Shown piece after piece: positions 36,111-50,817 of a stretch of 53,182 nucleotides of DNA. The notes under the pieces are model-generated. The model did not search any database and had not been told where the DNA came from. It saw nothing but the letters and a program-made list of their open reading frames with translations. Both the position numbers and the translations under genes were made by a program. The first letter of the stretch is position 1; every line of letters starts with the position of its first letter. The stretch spans positions 72,855,958 through 72,909,139 of the forward strand of contig NC_068981.1 of assembly GCF_001194135.2 (NCBI RefSeq), read 5' to 3'. Origin of the DNA: Octopus bimaculoides. Taxonomy: Eukaryota.

Positions 36111-36804
36111 AACGTAGCATCCAGAATCCCTAAAATGTCATCATGCAGAATATTCTTTCTAATTTTGGCACAAGGCCAGTAGTAATTTTGAGGGGAGGGA
36201 GAGAGTAGATTATATTTAGATGGTTCTTATTTTATCGATCCCAAAATGATGAAAGGCAAAGTCAGCCATGGTAGAAATTGAACTGAGAGCGTAAATAGCC
36301 GGAAGAAACGCCGCTAAGCATTTTGTCCGATGTGCTAACGATTGTGCCAGCTCACCGCCTTTATGCAGAATATTAATGCCGCCATTATTCAACAGGTACC
36401 AAACTTATTCAGTTGGTACAAGCCAGTTCAAACAATTATTGAGGTAACGGCGCTGCCAACTATCCAACCGCATGTCCCTCCTCACAAATTATAACATTAT
36501 AACAAATATATTGCAACTGAAGTAAGGGCATTTATTACGTTGCTATGAGATTTTGATACGTCAAATATTTTATAACGCAAACAACTCACTGACAAATCTC
36601 TTATACTCCAAATGTTCGAAGTCACTATTATGATTTGGTGCCATGATCAATGTTTTCTTTTCGTGTATTCCTCGCATTCCATCAGACATGTATGTGTATG
36701 TACGTGTTAAATGCGCGCGTGCACATAAAGTATAAGCGAAAACTGATTTTCTTCTTGTGATTCTAATTTTCTGTTTTTTACATTTTCTTCTATTTTCTTT
36801 TTAG

Positions 36805-36964
36805 GAAAGCAATTGCGCCTGGTGAAGAATTCAGAGAAACGGTTCAACTGAAAGCTCGGCGTATAGGAAGAAAAGAAGTGATTGCCAATTTCTACTGCAA
36901 ACAAATTGTGGACATCACAGGTGTTATTGAAGTAGATGTTGTGGAAGAATCAAAAGCCAGTTAA
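36805..36964 (+). CDS. TGM: Transglutaminase terminal coding exon, end of beta-barrel 2
   Basis: TTTTCTTTTTAG acceptor, phase 2. (K)KAIAPGEEFRETVQLKARRIGRKEVIANFYCKQIVDITGVIEVDVVEESKAS, TAA at 36962-36964. Confidence 0.95.
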
Positions 36965-37037
36965 AATTACACCTGGCTGACAAGAATTAATTTTTCTAAG
37001 AATTAATACAAATACTATAAATGTTCACTTATGGAGA

Positions 37038-37043
37038 AATAAA
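37038..37043 (+). terminator. Candidate polyadenylation signal of the transglutaminase gene
   Basis: First AATAAA after the stop codon, 73 nt downstream; use not verified. Confidence 0.45.
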
Positions 37044-37758
37044 GAAATATAAACCTACAACTACATCTTTTATAAATTATATANNNNNNNNNNNNNNNNN
37101 NNNNNNNNNNNNNNNNNNNNNNNNNNNNNNNNNNNNNNNNNNNNNNNNNNNNNNNNNNNNNNNNNNNNNNNNNNNNNNNNNNNNNNNNNNNNNNNNNNNN
37201 NNNNNNNNNNNNNNNNNNNNNNNNNNNNNNNNNNNNNNNNNNNNNNNNNNNNNNNNNNNNNNNNNNNNNNNNNNNNNNNNNNNNNNNNNNNNNNNNNNNN
37301 NNNNNNNNNNNNNNNNNNNNNNNNNNATATATATATATATATACATGATATACATATTTGTATGTGTGTATATAAATTACCTAGGTAATAACTGTATTCT
37401 ATTTCTTTTGTATATGCCTCTGTACTTTGGTTGCTGGAGATAAGCTGGGACAATTGTCGTGCTGTCGACGCCTATTGAAGTAGAAACACATTTCCACGAC
37501 TGTCCTACTATTTCCAAAAAATAAACCTGTCCCTTTCCTTAATGGTTTGTCAGCTTTGGTGAAAAACTTGATTATTTTGATTCTCATAAAGTGCTGCTCT
37601 CATTTACTACAAGAAGTGGAAATAATCTTCAAGAATTTGTGTTGTGCAGCATTAGATAGAACAGTTTTTAACTTTGTTGCTCATATACTGCCAGTAACAT
37701 TGCTCACTTTTGATTATGTATACATACATTATATTCGTATTTAAATGCATATTTCTGC

Positions 37759-37805
<47 letters not shown>

Positions 37806-38211
37806 ATAAATCAAAAATATAGATGTTTATAAAATACATGTGTACATCTATAAATTAATTTATAATATATGCACAATAATATTCACACGCGCGTGCACAC
37901 ACACTCACACACGTACATTCACACAAACACACACACGCACACACACACACATATATATATACAACGTCATTTTGTATACAAAACTGAGCAAACGACGTGA
38001 GTATAAAATTCACATAATCTATAACGGATGCTATAAGAGGATATCTGAGATGATGATTATGAAAATAATATCAATAATATCAGTAATAATAAAATTGGAA
38101 GCAAATACAATTCCCATACAATTCCCTTCGGCATGATCATAATATATCTGCTTTAAAATTCACATCAAATTACCACCGCTTATACAAATACAATATCTAG
38201 CCATTTCGCTA

Positions 38212-38320
<109 letters not shown>

Positions 38321-38905
38321 TAATATATGTGTGTGTGCGTGTATACGTATATTTTTACACGCACACACACGCACATGAACATACAGAAAATACAAAAAGG
38401 TCAGAACAGTGGATATAAATTTCATTCCGAAGAAGAATTCTTCATGATGTTAAATGTACTCGTCTCTTTGAACTTTTTGCTATATTATTTGCAGATGGGA
38501 AAAATCACAAGTTTCCTCAGTCTAGTGTATCTGTATATAGAAAATAGCACTACACAAACGTACTGGATTTTTAATATCAATATTATAGTAAAAGAACATT
38601 TAAAAAAAGCAAAACAAACTATGTACTTAGGTCACATACTTCCGTTTGTCTGCACATTGAAACACTCCGATGATAATAATAATAATAATGGCTTCAAATT
38701 TTAAAACATGGCCAGAAATTTCAGAGAAAGGGTTAAGTCGATTACATCGTTCCCAGTGCTCAACTGGTACTTATATTTTATCAGCCCCGAAAGGATGAAA
38801 GGCCAAGCTGACCTCAGAAGAATTTGAATTCAAAACGTAAAGGCTAACGGAATGCCGCTGAGCATTTCATCCGGCGTGCTAATGATTCTGCCAGCTCGTT
38901 GCCTA

Positions 38906-38907
<2 letters not shown>

Positions 38908-38985
<78 letters not shown>
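38908..38985. repeat. (TAA)26 microsatellite
   Basis: Direct reading. Confidence 0.95.
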
Positions 38986-38986
<1 letters not shown>

Positions 38987-41425
38987 TTTAAAACACAAAC
39001 TTCATTGTTGAGTGAAAATGTCTAATACAAATGTATCAAATAACGGTGTTAATGAGACTGGAACCAAAGGTGAAGGCTTTTCGCCCGGCAGGTGTCCTGT
39101 GGTTGGGCTATTCTAGACGAGAAATATAACTGAAACTAACAAGATTATTTGGGCTGCAGCTATGGTTGCTGCAGATAGAGCTGGATACAAAAGAAGAGAA
39201 CAAACAGAACGTAAAGAACCATACTAGCGTAGACGAATTTGTGAGAAACAAACAAAACTAAAACGACATTTAGGACAAGTTGATGTATTGAGAAGAGGGA
39301 AATTACAGAATGAAAGCATCAGAATAATGCTGGAAAGAATATATAGAAGAGATAAGGGGATATTAGTAGAACTGAAACAAAGAGTAATAGTAATCGAATC
39401 AAAACAGGAGAGATATGACAATAGAAAAAGACAGTTCAGGCAAAACAAATTGTTCGAAGCGAATCAGAAGAAATTGTTTTAGAAACTAGATGGGCAATTA
39501 CACGTAACAATGATACCAGAGAGGAAATCAGGGCATTCTGGAGAGAGATCTGGGACCAGCCTTTAGAGTATAATGATGAAGCGGAGTGGCTGCCTGAAGT
39601 CGATGATGGGTTAAGAAATATAGAAGGCCAAGAAGACATAAAAGAAGCAGTTGGAAGAGCCCAAGACCGGAAAGGTCCAAGATGATTGGAGGAAGAGGCT
39701 GAGAGGATTCCATGAAAGGATAGCACAACAGTTAGATGAGTGCTTGCAGGAAGACGCAGTACGCAGCTGGATGACAAAGGGAAAGACATTATGTGCCAAG
39801 GATCCTGAAAAGGGAAATGTTGCATCCAACTTTAAATCAATAACGTACCTTCCGCTAATGTGGAAACTAAAGTTTGGTGCTTTGGCCGGTGGACTATGTA
39901 GATACTTGGATAAAAAGTGGGCTGCTACCTACTTAACAGAAAGGGTGCCGAAAGAGGAACCGGGGAACGAAGTATCAGCTCTTAATTGATAATCTAATTA
40001 TCAGGAATTGCAAAAGATGACACACAAACCTGAGGATCGCATGGGTCGACTCTCGTAAAGCATACGGTATGATACCACACTCTTGGATGATAAGAACAAT
40101 GGAAATGAATGGAGCAGTAGAAAATATGAGAAACCTTATACGGAGTAGCATGAAATGCTGGAGAACGGAATTGACAGTAGGGAATCAAGTGTTAGGAGAG
40201 GTGAGGCATCTTCCAGAGGGACAGTGTGTCCCCACTGATCTTCGTGCTGGGAAAGATCCCCTTGAGTGAAATACTACAGAAAACAAAGTTGGAGCATGAT
40301 CTGGGAAGAGGTAAGGGAAAACTGAACCATTTGCTATATATGGACGACCGTAAGCTATTTACAAAACTGAAGCAGAACTGGACAGCCTAATCCAGTCTGA
40401 GTGGATTTTCTACAATGATATTAAGATGGAGTTTTGTCTCTCAAGGTGTGCTACGATGGTGATGAGACGAGGAAAGTTTGTCAGGACAGAAGGCACATAG
40501 TTGCCAAGTGGTGAAATGATGAAGGCAATTCAATCCAGCTATAAATACCTGAGAATACTTGAGGCAGATGGAATTAAACGCAACGACATGAAGGAAAAGA
40601 CAAAAAGAGAGTACCTGCGGCAAGTGAGAAAAATATTGGCCTCAAAGCCAGATGCAAGAAAGATAATTTCAGCAACAAACTCGCGTGCAGTCGCAGTAGT
40701 TCGGTATGGTACTGGGATCCTGAATTGGACAGAGAAGGAGCTAAATGAGATGGACAGGAAGTCAAGAAAGCTCATAACGATGTATGGAACCCATCATCCA
40801 CGTGCAGACACTGATCGCCTATACATGAAGAGAGCAAATGAAGGAAGAGGACTGATAAGTGTGGAAGACTGTGTGCGTATCGAACTCAAGAGCTTAATGA
40901 GATACCGAGCCCAAACTAAGGAAACCTTGCTTGTGACAGTTAAGAACGAGGGTGTATTGAGAGTAGACAGAAAAGAAAATTCAAATGAAGTACATAAAGG
41001 ACATGAAGAAAAATTACGCAAGAAGGGACTACACAATCAATTCCATGTAGCCACAATAGAAGCTGCTGGAAAAAGGAGGTGGGATTGATTGATGAAAGGA
41101 ACACTAAAAAAGAGTCCGAGAGCACTATACTGGCAACGCAAGACCAAGCTTTGGCCACGAACTGGAGGGTCAACCTTAGGAATGAGCAAGTGTTTCTGCT
41201 GTGCTGCATCTGCAATAGAGTGGATAAAACCATTGCCCGTATCACGAACAAATGCCCTAAAATTTCCCAAAACCACTACAAGTTGTAGCGACACGATTAA
41301 GTAGCAAAGCCTTCTTGTACTTTCCAATCAAAACAAATAAGGTACTAGAGCATAACAGACCAGACCTAGTGGTAGTGGACAAGTTGTACAACATATGCTA
41401 TATAGTTGATGTTCCATGCCGTCGA
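38986..41425 (+). mobile_element. R4/Dong-clade non-LTR retrotransposon, decayed, internally deleted and 3'-truncated in the RLE domain
   Basis: RQNKLFEANQKKLF, NFKSITYLPLMWKL, KAY(D)MIPHSW, LNHLLYMDD, RADTDRLYMKRANEGRGLISVE, ESTILATQDQAL, a zinc-finger remnant and EHNRPDLVVVDK..CYIVDVPC. Confidence 0.88.
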
Positions 41426-42289
41426 CCCCAGTAGTTTATTTTCTCGACACTGGAAGAATAAAAGGCGGAGTTGACCTCAGGAAGGATTGAACTCAGAACC
41501 TAGGGAGCTGGAATAAATACTGCAAAGCATTTTTACAACTCTATTATAACGATTCTTCCAGAAGGCATTCATCAATTTTAAGGCGAGTTATTTGATTTTG
41601 TCGACCCTAGCACTTGATTGGTACTTCATTTTTTCGACCGCGTTGAGGTCTTTTCTCAGATCGTAAAGAACCGGATTAATAATAATGACTCATTGGCTCA
41701 CATCTCTACACAACTCACATCCTACAAAAAAAAAACACTTTAAATTCACACACCTCCTATAGTATATTTTGTGCACAGCACACCCAACCTACACATTGTA
41801 CAATCACTATTCAATGTAACTGCGCAAATCACAAACACATACTCTACAGAATCATCACATAATATTACAATCATCTCCCATTAAAAAATTATTTTCTGTA
41901 GTCAACACCCACTATTGTAAAATATTTCACACCACTTACAACTCATACAGCTCACGTTTTTATACAGTTAAACACTCCACACAGCGCATACTCTACACGA
42001 TCACTGACCGTTACTACGGGTACATAACAAAACTCAGTAGAAGCTTCAACAAAACTTTTGAAAACATGTTGGTTATAATAATTGAATTTATTGGTATTGG
42101 ATGGGAAATACAGAATAAATAGATATCTTTTATGTTAGATAAATGGATGTCTAGAAATTTTCAACAGATAATTTTGCAGTTTAGCCATCTGTAATCTCTT
42201 CCTATATCGATGTATCTTCACAATCCTTTCTCGCTTTCTGCCTCTCTCTCATACGTGTGTGTGTGTGTACGTATATGAGTATGTACGTA

Positions 42290-42355
<66 letters not shown>

Positions 42356-42731
42356 CATGTGTGTGTGTAGATAGATAGATAGATAGATACATTGATAGAT
42401 ATAGACACGCATATATATATATGAAATTATATATAATTGTGNNNNNNNNNNNNNNNNNNNNNNNNNNNNNNNNNNNNNNNNNNNNNNNNNNNNNNNNNNN
42501 NNNNNNNNNNNNNNNNNNNNNNNNNNNNNNNNNNNNNNNNNNNNTGTGATAATGTGTATATATATATATATAGTTATATTTTGAAATCATTTAATACGTA
42601 CGTTTCAGGTGTGCATAATGAATAATAGGAAATGCTTCCATTACGTAAACCTTTTTCCGTTAAAGCCTTTCAGAAATATAAAGAAATTTATGGAACAATT
42701 CCAATATGTGCGGTTAGAGCAGTAGCTTGGC

Positions 42732-42780
<49 letters not shown>

Positions 42781-43507
42781 GTTTATCCGCATCTTTATTT
42801 GTTACATAATTGAATTGATATGTCTGCGTCAGATGTTCAATTTCACTGTATAGTGATCTTTTTTTTTTCTTTTGAAGGATGCAGCATATTTCCTTTATCA
42901 GCGTATCAGATATACATACTACTAGTTCGAGTTTAGTAATAGTTAGATTATGACTCGGTGTCACTCACTCATTGAAACACAAATATATAGATGCGTTTTA
43001 TATTTCTCATGAAGCATTGTTGAATATGAAAACCGAGTTTGTTTGAGAGAGCTATTATAAAGCAAATATGTTAAATACTAAAGCAACAAGAACAATTCTT
43101 TCTACTATAGGCACAAGGCATGAAATTTGGAGGCAGGGGAATAGTCAATTACATTGACTCGAGTATTTAACTAGTACTCATTTTATCGACCCCGCAACGT
43201 TGACCTCAGTGGAATTTGGAACGTAAAGACAGACAAAACACCACTAAGCATTTTGCCCGGCGTGCTAAAGATTCTGCCAGCTCGTCGCCTTAAAAAGCAA
43301 CAATAATAAGGAGAACGAGATCGTTATGCCATTTTCGAAATATATGTTGCTTACTTATGAGAGTACACCTAAACAAAGGATCATTGTCTAACAGTTATTT
43401 TTCGTTGAGGAGAACTTTGCTCGAAAAATTAGAGATCAATAAGTATTTTCAAGATAACACAACAATTCCCATGTTGTTATCATTGTTGCTCTAATATTTC
43501 CTACTAT

Positions 43508-43715
43508 TAGGGCGGCGAGCTGGCAGAAGCGTTAGCACGCCGAGCGAAATACTTAGCGGTATTTCGTCTGTCTTTACCTTTTGAGTTCAAATTTCGCCGA
43601 GGTCGACTTTGCATTTCGTCTTTTCGGGGTCGATGAATTAAGTACCAGTTGCGTACTGGGTGGATCTAATCGACTGGCCCCCTCCCCAAAAATTTCGTTG
43701 TATGAGCCTCCTAAA
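43508..43715 (+). mobile_element. Full-head SINE family E copy (empty-site reference)
   Basis: AGGGCGGCGAGCTGGCAGAAGCGTTAGCACGCCGAGCG uninterrupted; the site used elsewhere for insertions is at 43525-43541. Confidence 0.85.
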
Positions 43716-44726
43716 GCAAATAAATATATGTACTGAAGGAAGTAAGAAACGACCAACTTGTGGCTTATGGATTAAAGTCTTATTAAATATTAGCAGAATC
43801 GTTAATATAAAGTGCCACATTTCATTTAATAGCAGAAAATAGATACTATGTCTGGGGATGTTCACTTCGACTAAAACGTGACCTATTCAAGTAGAAAGTA
43901 TGTTTCTCATCTGCCTTGCTCTACAAATTTAGTAGCTAAGGAAATAGATTGTGTATGATTTTCTCGGAGTTATTAGCGTTGTGTAAAATACGAATTGACC
44001 GCAACGGCGAATGAAAACTGACAGGCAGGGTTGTGTCAATAGGAGCTTATCGTTTCATGCAGTAACACTGTAAAACTATCACAGAAGGATCAGAGGTCTT
44101 TCCCAAGTTTTAGGCTCATAAGGGCGTTTTCCCCTATTCTGTGTCGTGTATTTTCACCCATGGACGGGACGTCGGTCTGTCACAGGATTACTCATTTTTG
44201 CTATCTGGATGGGCTAGAGTGTTTTGCTCAAGAAGGTAAAAAACACGTAGCCACTCCAGGAATCGAAACTTCAATCTTACGAATATATGTACAAAACCCT
44301 TAACAACTAAAGTGCGCACTTCCTCTAATATAAACGTACACAGCATGTTAAATTAATATTATATAGCATATTAATGTAGTACGAAATTAAAATTAATGTA
44401 TAAAATGAAGCTGAGTTGGTAGAAACAGCAGGGTGCACTTATAGATGTCTTACAATATTTAATTTCATCATTCTATCTTAAAATCTGGATGTTGTATGCT
44501 AACAGTAACATTTATACACTGATGTTAATTTAATCAACTGTACTGTCACCCTAGGCGAAGACTGACTTTAAGTTTATTTTTTAAAATCTCTTTTTAAGGT
44601 TACTGTAACTGCTTAAAAAAAACCCCAAAAAAAGCCTCATTAACATAAAATATTTTCTGGTTGAATTCGATGCTGTTATGGTTATTGATTTAATGAGAAC
44701 CAAGTCGTAATATGAAGCATAGTTGC

Positions 44727-44766
<40 letters not shown>

Positions 44767-46169
44767 GCACCTCCCTCGATCAAAGTTCACCTAGCATCTA
44801 CACATGTATGTGCAGGCCTAGAAAAAGGCTTTCGATGAAGACTACCAGTTGCCTATATATTCAAATCCATTTCCATGCCACTGATATTTATCCAAGAGGA
44901 AGGTTGCCGACTTGGGCCGATAAAGCTAGCGTCGTTGTAAGTCTTACTATCAGAGGGAAAATAGCCTAAACAGAAACCGCATGGCATCTCATCCGATCCT
45001 GTAACAGTTCCAACAATACATCTCTTGGACTGGTACTTATTTCTTATTTTATCAATTAAGAAGGAATGAAAGCAAAGTTGACCTCGGCGAGAATTGAACT
45101 CATACTGCAGAAAGTTAGAACAGATACCTTGAGGCATTCTATCCAACACGCTAACACAGAGTTTCAAGAAACAAAAAGAAATTACTACACTCTGCCGCCA
45201 TGAAATCCACCATAGCTGAATAGGTTATCTTTCTGTTTGTCATTTACATATGAAGGGCTTAACGTGACACGGATTATAGTACACTGACCATCAGAAGTAA
45301 CCGTAATCAGAACAAAGCTTGTATCCAATAGTAAAGCTGACCAAGACAGTTCTAAATTGAGCCTGGAGCTAACAGCTTCAATATCGTGCGTCTTCTTGTT
45401 CATAGGAAGACGCCAAATTGTACTTATTTAATGTATTGTCGTTACTTTCATTGCATTGGCGGACGCCGTACGGTCTCATATAATCTATTTTCAGTTAAGT
45501 GAATTGAATCAGTAATATATGACCCTTGGTTATGGACTTAGCATTTTACTGTTAACTTAAATACAAAACCTCGACTCTTTGATAGTCGGACAATTTATTG
45601 ATTGGACAAACTTCAGCTCAGTAAGAACTACAGAGAAGTCAATGCTTAACCATATCAATAACATTTGTACATGTTGTAGAATAAATGTTGATAATAATGC
45701 ATATCACAGTATATCAACAACAGATATATTGAAACATTCCAACAGTTGTTGTTTCAGTTATGGGAGCGGTTTCATTGTGAAGTTTTGCTTTTTAGTATGA
45801 ATTAAATCTTTTTTCGTTCTTGTAACACCGAATGTTTACAAGCATATAGCAAATTATAAAATATAGCGAAAGCAATTTCATTTTCTGCATAACAACCAAT
45901 GGGATATAATGTCTGATCATTGTATTTTTTAAGACACCAGATCACTGATAAAAATTGATGAGACTGTAAAGCATCCATGTGTCTCTAAAAATAAAGTGAA
46001 TGAGCTGCAAACTGGAATCAAACACTCCTTTAGGAATCCATCTCATTGTTTTAAAGTGACTCAACACGTGTAGTTGTTACTATGAAGAGCCAGACTATTT
46101 ACAACATTTCTGCCTCTTTTCACTGGTCTTTGGAAGAGAATTCAATCCGTATATATATGCATAGATAAA

Positions 46170-46190
46170 TAGACAGACAGACAGATAGAT

Positions 46191-46260
<70 letters not shown>

Positions 46261-46262
46261 CA
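46170..46262. repeat. (AGAT)n microsatellite; (CA)n/(TA)n compound tracts also at 42260-42420, 46796-46837, 47860-48005, 50320-50420
   Basis: Direct reading. Confidence 0.9.
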
Positions 46263-46792
46263 GATAGGCACATACATACATATGTATATACATATAAATA
46301 TTTTAAGAAAGTCACAATGAAAAATAGAGAATTATACATCTTTAATTATTAGCTTACAACATATACGATGCCTACACGTGTTTCTATTATACGAATGTTT
46401 TAGGATTCTTAGATGAGATTGTTCTGTACAACTAACTGATTCGTACCATGTAGAACCAAAGTTATATGAGAGAATAAGTTTTTCAATGTGTTCTCAACAA
46501 GGGAAATGTGCGCCCTTACATAGGGTTCAGCGTTGCAGACTTAAACAAAGATTATATAATCACTTCGTCTCGTTCAAATTTAGAAAAATGAACTATACTT
46601 CTTTAAGAAAATATAATTGGAGTTTCAAAGATAGATATACTAACTATAACATTAAATGACCAATTGTAAGCAGTGTTTTATTGTATACTAGCGGTAATCT
46701 TAAATGCGGCCTTTGCCTCGAAGTAATATTCCATAATCTCACCTCCAAGTCTAATTTATTCAACTGCGAAAATGAATTATCGATTAAATGTT

Positions 46793-46840
<48 letters not shown>

Positions 46841-47886
46841 CTTTAAATAATTCCCTAATACGTAGTCTTAAGACTAATTCATTTGTATAAAAGGCATGTA
46901 TAACCCTTATCTAGTATTCTCTATAGTTTTTTAAGTTTTTACTAGGCTGTACTAATTTCTCTGTTCTATGACAGAGGTGGTATTATAATTGTTTTCTTCG
47001 TTTTCTTTTATCCATTTTTCTACTTATCAGCATAAGAAATTTTCTAGGTTTTTAGCGTTTACTTAAATCAATGATTAATTTTATCATTACGGCTAAAACT
47101 AGTTACCTCTTAACAACAATATTTGCTTTTCTTTTTTCAAATCCCCTTAATGCCTTATGCCTAACTTATAAATATCTAATCTTTCGCTTCTATTTATATT
47201 ATATTTAGCATTAGTGATCTGTGAGATTAATCCTTCTGACCTAAATAATTTGCTCTTACTATATAGCTGGAATTATATCTATTTATTTTTCAGTGTCCAC
47301 TAAGATCAGTTTGAGTTTGAATGCAACTAGAATTCTTGACATATCGTATTTTATTGCCACTTCACATTTCTATTTTTTCCCTCGTTTATCTTCTTTTTTC
47401 CTTGCACTGTACGTTGTTCTGGTTCACTTAATTCTACTACTATTACATTTAGCTCTCTTCAATTTCCCTTTGGAGGAACGTTTTGAAAATATTATGCTCA
47501 CGTATATCTTTGGATCTACATAGTACTATAATCGATTAAATATGAATCGATTAGTTGTACAGAGCCATTGCATCTAAACATCCTAAATCGTTAGTTGTAA
47601 ACTATTATTTAAAGGTGTAATTCTCCATTTTTTATTATGTCTTTCTAATATACTCTGGAATTTCATGAGAAATTCTTCGAAGTGAAATCGGGATTTACTA
47701 ATCGAATGGAACTACAACTGTAATCATTTGATCTACACGGTTCCTAATGTTTCCTACTGGTCGATATCGTTATCAAAGTTTGGATTGCAACTGTGTGCTT
47801 GTCAAGTATCTGCCCTGATTTTGAAACTCTATCCCTTTGTGTTATATACAAATATATACACATACATACATACATACATACATAGA

Positions 47887-48004
<118 letters not shown>

Positions 48005-48060
48005 AGTGTATATAAATGCACATATATACATAAATATATTTCATGTATGTCTATACATAT

Positions 48061-48462
48061 ATAGGCGCAGGTGTGGTTGTGCGATAAGAAGCTTGCTTCC
48101 CAACCACATAGTTATGGGTTCAGTACCACTGCGTGGCACCGTGGGACAAGTGTCTTCTGCTATAGCCTCGGGCTGACCAAAACCTTGTGAGTGGATATAG
48201 TAGACGGAAACTGAAAAAGCCCGTTGTATATGTGTGTGTGTATGTTTGTGCTTATGTTTTCCCCCACCCCACGACCGCTTGACAACCGGTGTTAGTGTGT
48301 TTACGTTCTCATAAATTAGCAGTTCGGCAAGGGAGACCGATGGAATAAGTACTAGATTTTAAAAAATATAAGTTTTGGGGTCGATTTGTTCAACTAAAAA
48401 AACCCTTCAAGACGGTGCCCCAGCATAGTCGCTGTAAAATAACTGAAACAAGCAAAAGAAAA
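48061..48462 (+). mobile_element. SINE family A copy
   Basis: ATAGGCGCAGGTGTGGTTGTG head through ACTGAAACAAGCAAAAGAA tail. Confidence 0.8.
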
Positions 48463-48512
48463 AAATATATATATTTATATATGCACATTCACATATATAT
48501 TATTTATTGTGC

Positions 48513-48550
<38 letters not shown>

Positions 48551-48555
<5 letters not shown>

Positions 48556-48867
48556 TATGAAAGAAGGTTTGAAAATGCAATGGACTTTTAGAGATGTTCA
48601 AGTCGGTGTTAAACAAAGCTGTGTCCTCTTCAATGTGTTCCTTGTGGCTGTGACCTTATTACCTCGCTACGACCTCCCGATTCGATATCGCCACGATGGC
48701 AATCTCTTCAATTTGAGGAGACTAAAATCACTAACAAAGACTCAGTCCACCACTCTCTTCGAATTACAGAATGTCAATGACTGCGAAGCTCTCGCCCACG
48801 AACCAGCCAGCCTTCAATAAACATCTCTAAAAGTCCATTGTATTCTCAAACCTTCTTTCATATATAT
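48551..48867. mobile_element. 317-bp element: 48-bp inverted arms enclosing an RTE RT fragment (48599-48819, +)
   Basis: Arms 48551-48598 and 48820-48867 match 46/48 as reverse complements. Interior translates GVKQSCVLFNVFL..IRYRHDGNLFNLRRLKS..ELQNVNDC. Confidence 0.8.
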
Positions 48868-48919
48868 TTTCACTCGTACGGTACCTTACAACTTTACTTT
48901 GTTATATATATATTATGTA

Positions 48920-50160
48920 CTTGCTTTAGGCAGTCCATCTTGACAGATGACGACTTCGTCTTTGATCCTTAAGGGTTGTCTTGATGGCGTTGGCAGGCCC
49001 TCTCGTGGCTGAAAAGGCCGATTCTGGAGGCACATGTCCGATCAGACTGAGAGCAGCGAAGATGGCTCCGACGAAGATGAGCTCGTCTAGAATTTTGTTG
49101 ACGTTCCTTGAGCTGTCTCCGCTTTACTTCGCGAAGTCTAGTCCGCTCATCCTCAAAATGCTGCCTACCAGTTTTGACCATACCCCTCCAGGTAGTACAG
49201 TCTGTGGCCAATGCTTCAAGTTCACCAGGGGGGATGTTGCATAGCTTTAGAGATTTCTTGAGATGATCTTTATATCGCTTCTTTGGACCTCCGTGTGGTC
49301 GGTTACCCTCTGCTAACTCCCCCAAAAGAACAATCTTGGATATACGGTTTTCTGGCATCCTGATAACATGTCCCACCTAGCGCAGTTGACGTTCGAGGAT
49401 GATGCATTTGATGCTGTTCAATTTCGCTCGACTCGGGGTCTCCGTATGTGGGATCTTGTCCTTCCAGATCAGATGAAGAATGCGCTGGAGACAGCGGATA
49501 TGAAACGATTCGAGCAGTTTGACATGTCGACGATAAAGTATCCAGGTTTTTGAGGCATGCAGAAGCGTGGAAACCACAACAGCACGATAGACCTCGATTT
49601 TCGGGGAGAGATTCAGATCCCGATTAAAGAAGACCCTATCCTTGAGACGTCCAAAAGTGGAGGAGATAAGGTGGATGCGATTCTGAATTTTGTGGTCAAT
49701 TACTCCATTGCTTGAGATGATGCTACCCAAATAGGTGAATTTCTCGGTGTTCTTTAGCTGGCTGTTTTGGATTGAAATAGTCTCAGGGGGTGAACCATTT
49801 TTGGAGTGTTTAAGGATCTCTGTTTTCTTGGTGTTGACCTGGAGTCCATCCCGACGATAGGCGTTGCACACAACGTCTAGGTTTTGCTGACGACTGGCTG
49901 GTTCGTGGGTGAGAGCTTCGCAGTCATTGGCATTCTGTAATTCGACGAGAGTGGTGGACTGAGTCCTTGTTAGTGATTTTCGTCTCCTCAAGTTGAAGAG
50001 ACTGCCATCGTGGCGATATCGAATTGGGATGCCATCTTTGGGGTTGTGGTCGTAGTGAGATAGTAAGGTAACAGCTACAAGGAGCACATTGAAGAGGACA
50101 GGGACCAAGACACAGCCTTGACCGTTGAAGTAGTCAGACTGATCACCACCCAATGTCACA
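48920..50160 (-). mobile_element. 5'-truncated RTE-clade LINE (RT 3' half and C-terminus), decayed
   Basis: QGCVLVPVLFNV, IRYRHDGSLFNLRR, ELQNANDC (decayed YADD), FTYLGS, GHVIRMPENRISKIVLLGEL, KRYKDHLK, CASRIGLFSHERAC. Confidence 0.9.
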
Positions 50161-50316
50161 CGTATTTTTATATCATGTATATTATATTTATATCATGTAT
50201 ATGTCATACGTATTTTCATATTATGTATATTAACTTATATTTATCCTTCTTTGGATGGAGTACTTTTACGTTGATCTTACCTTAACAGAATAATAAAACA
50301 CTAAAGAAAATGTTTG

Positions 50317-50817
<501 letters not shown>

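Noticed and set aside
37380-37720. Possible coding exon downstream of the transglutaminase stop
   Set aside because: No frame with a recognisable product and matching splice signals; could be extended UTR or intergenic DNA.
45185-45800. ORFs MNKKTHDIEAV... and MIVGQFIDWTN...
   Set aside because: No domain or splice support; possibly decayed repeats.
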